64,000 bases of DNA, taken from an uncultured Nitrososphaerales archaeon. Lineage in GTDB: Archaea; Thermoproteota; Nitrososphaeria; Nitrososphaerales; Nitrososphaeraceae. Positions 61,995 to 64,000 of the stretch are shown in pieces; positions within the stretch are counted from its first letter, which is position 1, and the number at the start of each line of letters is the position of its first letter. The position numbers were made by a program, and so were the translations under genes. The DNA lies in contig CAVPXM010000055.1 in assembly GCA_963709405.1 (NCBI GenBank), forward strand, positions 96,001 through 160,000, read 5' to 3'. The notes below the pieces were generated by a model that saw nothing but the letters and a program-made list of their open reading frames with translations, searched no databases and was not told the DNA's origin.

Positions 61995-63260
61995 TCATTC
62001 AAGTCGTTTATTAACACAAGTCTTGATCACAATGAAATCCCTGTGTAACGCCTGCTGCATGTTAGTCAATTTATCAATCTCTATGTTCATAGCTTTGAGG
62101 GCGTACTGAGCAACTAATTGATCTATTTCTTTAGGAACACAATGTATGCCAGGCTCCATAGCCTCGTAATTTCTAGCTATATGATTAATTGACAATAGCT
62201 GATTAGCAAAAGACAAGGCCATAATTTCAGGCGGACTTCCCTCTGATCCCACAAGATTCAAAACCCTCCCACCAGATACCAAGTAAACGATCTTACCATC
62301 GAAATGAAATTGTTCAACGTATGGTCTTACTTTTACTGGAGATCGATCTCTCGAAAATAGGTATCCGACATCGATCTCTACGTCAAAATGGCCTGCATTT
62401 GCAAGTACGACGCCATTTTTCATTTTTAAAAAGCTGTTTGTACCAATAACATGTTTCTGGCCTGTACAAGTTATAACAAAGTCCGCCTTGTCTACAGATG
62501 CGGAAAGCTTCGTTACATAAAAGCCATCCATGGATGCTTCTAATGCTCTTATAGGATCAACTTCGGTTATGCTAACAATCGCCCCCATACCCCTAGCCCT
62601 TGAGGCAATACCCTTTCCGACCCAGCCATAACCGCAAACTAGAATATGTTTACCCGCAAGGAATAATCCAGTTGCTCTCAAGAGACCGTCTATTGCACTT
62701 TGTCCTGTGCCGTATCTATTATCGAACAAATGTTTTGTGCTTGCGTTATTTACGGCAATTACTGGATATGTAAGCTCTTTTTTTGAATGAAGGATATTTA
62801 GTCTTGATACTCCAGAAGTAGTCTCTTCTGTTCCGCCCATAATAGGAGTTGGTCCTAATTGATGGATTGTATGATGCAAATCTCCCCCGTCATCTACCAC
62901 TATATCTGGATGAAATCGTACTATTTCCCTAATACATTCATGGTACTCCCTATTTGACTCTCCTTGCCATGCATAAGTCAATATTTTTTGAGAAGAAAGA
63001 AAAGCAGCAATATCGTCTTGGACAGACAATGGGTTAGCAGAGCATATCGCGACTTCAGCACCCAACTTTTGCGCGCACATAACCAGTACTGATGTCTCCT
63101 TTGTAATATGTAAACACAAGCCCAGCTTTATTCCCAATAGTGGCCTAGATTTTCGACTTTTCTTTGATATGTAATCGAATATTGTCATATGAGCACGTGC
63201 CCATTCATACGACCTTTTTCCTAATGGTGCTAGCTTCGTATCAGCGATTTTTCCCAACAT
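61995..63260 (-). CDS. ahcY: Adenosylhomocysteinase
   Basis: EETTSG, KHLFDNRYGTGQS, GYGWVGKG and NAGHFDVE motifs. Confidence 0.96.
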   Translation of the reverse strand: MLGKIADTKLAPLGKRSYEWARAHMTIFDYISKKSRKSRPLLGIKLGLCLHITKETSVLVMCAQKLGAEVAICSANPLSVQDDIAAFLSSQKILTYAWQGESNREYHECIREIVRFHPDIVVDDGGDLHHTIHQLGPTPIMGGTEETTSGVSRLNILHSKKELTYPVIAVNNASTKHLFDNRYGTGQSAIDGLLRATGLFLAGKHILVCGYGWVGKGIASRARGMGAIVSITEVDPIRALEASMDGFYVTKLSASVDKADFVITCTGQKHVIGTNSFLKMKNGVVLANAGHFDVEIDVGYLFSRDRSPVKVRPYVEQFHFDGKIVYLVSGGRVLNLVGSEGSPPEIMALSFANQLLSINHIARNYEAMEPGIHCVPKEIDQLVAQYALKAMNIEIDKLTNMQQALHRDFIVIKTCVNKRLE

Positions 63261-63402
63261 CCTTAATATTCTAGGCAGAATGCTGACTATAAAACCGCTC
63301 TACGAGCCGTCGCGGTAATTTGAAACAAGAATCTAAGACATTAATTAAATTCTCATAACAATTTATAGCCCTTATATATCATCAGAAGTGTAGTTCTGAA
63401 AA

Positions 63403-63708
63403 ATGACATTGACACGCATAGCTGGGGTAAAAGAGATTTCAAATGGTTGTGGTAAAGAAGTTAATATAAAAGGCAATAGGATAGCAGTATTCTGTGCTAA
63501 CTATAATTATTATGCGATTGAAGCTCTATGTCGTCATCAAGACGGATCTTTAGCGCCTGGAAGGGTTGATGGTGAGGTCGTAGAGTGTCCGCTTCATTCG
63601 TGGCATTATAACATAAGGACTGGAGAATTGCTAGATTTCCTACAGGACGTGAAATTAAATACGTATAAAGTCGAGGTTAAAGGTGAAGACATTTATATTG
63701 ACATCTAA
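63403..63708 (+). CDS. Rieske [2Fe-2S] ferredoxin
   Basis: CRH...CPLH Rieske ligands. Confidence 0.92.
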   Translation: MTLTRIAGVKEISNGCGKEVNIKGNRIAVFCANYNYYAIEALCRHQDGSLAPGRVDGEVVECPLHSWHYNIRTGELLDFLQDVKLNTYKVEVKGEDIYIDI

Positions 63709-63760
63709 ACGGACAACAACCTGGCCTATTTAGTAAGTCATTTGATGGGAGATATTATTT

Positions 63761-64000
63761 GTGAATATATACGATACACTCACGAAGGAATATCAGAGCT
63801 TACCATGCGATAGTAACGAAATAGGAATATATGTTTGTGGAGTTACCGTATACGATAGATCCCATATAGGACATGCAAGAACGATAGTCGTCTTTGATGT
63901 GCTTAATAGGTATCTAAAGTCAAAAGGTATTGCGACATATTTAGTAGAAAACTTTACAGATATAGATGACAAGATCATAAACCGATCTAGAATAGAAGGA
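63761..64000 (+). CDS. cysS: Cysteine--tRNA ligase, N-terminal part (runs off the window)
   Basis: Hand translation: IYDTLT...YVCGVTVYDRSHIGHAR...NFTDIDDKII. Confidence 0.93.
   Translation, partial: MNIYDTLTKEYQSLPCDSNEIGIYVCGVTVYDRSHIGHARTIVVFDVLNRYLKSKGIATYLVENFTDIDDKIINRSRIEG

Noticed and set aside
402-63978. Numerous 60-170-aa ORFs antisense to or nested within identified genes
   Set aside because: Shadow frames of well-supported genes with no motifs of their own.

Overview
AT-rich archaeal chromosome segment. Gene content points to a soil-type ammonia-oxidising archaeon (Nitrososphaerota, probably Nitrososphaeraceae): a thaumarchaeosortase, cofE with an F420/LLM oxidoreductase, methylmalonyl-CoA mutase/epimerase/MeaB and SucCD of the 3HP/4HB cycle, SRP19, Gar1, Rpo12, aRF1 and intron-containing tRNAs. 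Most of the window is housekeeping: purine/folate, thiamine, amino-acid and tRNA-synthetase genes. At least seven conserved genes are split by single-base indels, which are most likely consensus errors. The standout is a 1,316-bp element (54266-55581) flanked by TTA duplications. It consists of a decayed IS5-family transposase whose right end sits inside a CRISPR repeat, a 5-repeat/4-spacer CRISPR array, and a second, inverted copy of the IS LEFT end fused exactly to the last repeat boundary. The same repeat|IS-end junction recurs at 28049-28102 with a different adjacent spacer. This suggests a family of transposon-mobilised mini-CRISPR arrays in which the IS end occupies the spacer/leader position. 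No cas genes are present in the window. Several unannotated small ORFs were also found (Rpo12, a very acidic 36-aa peptide and a very basic 32-aa peptide).
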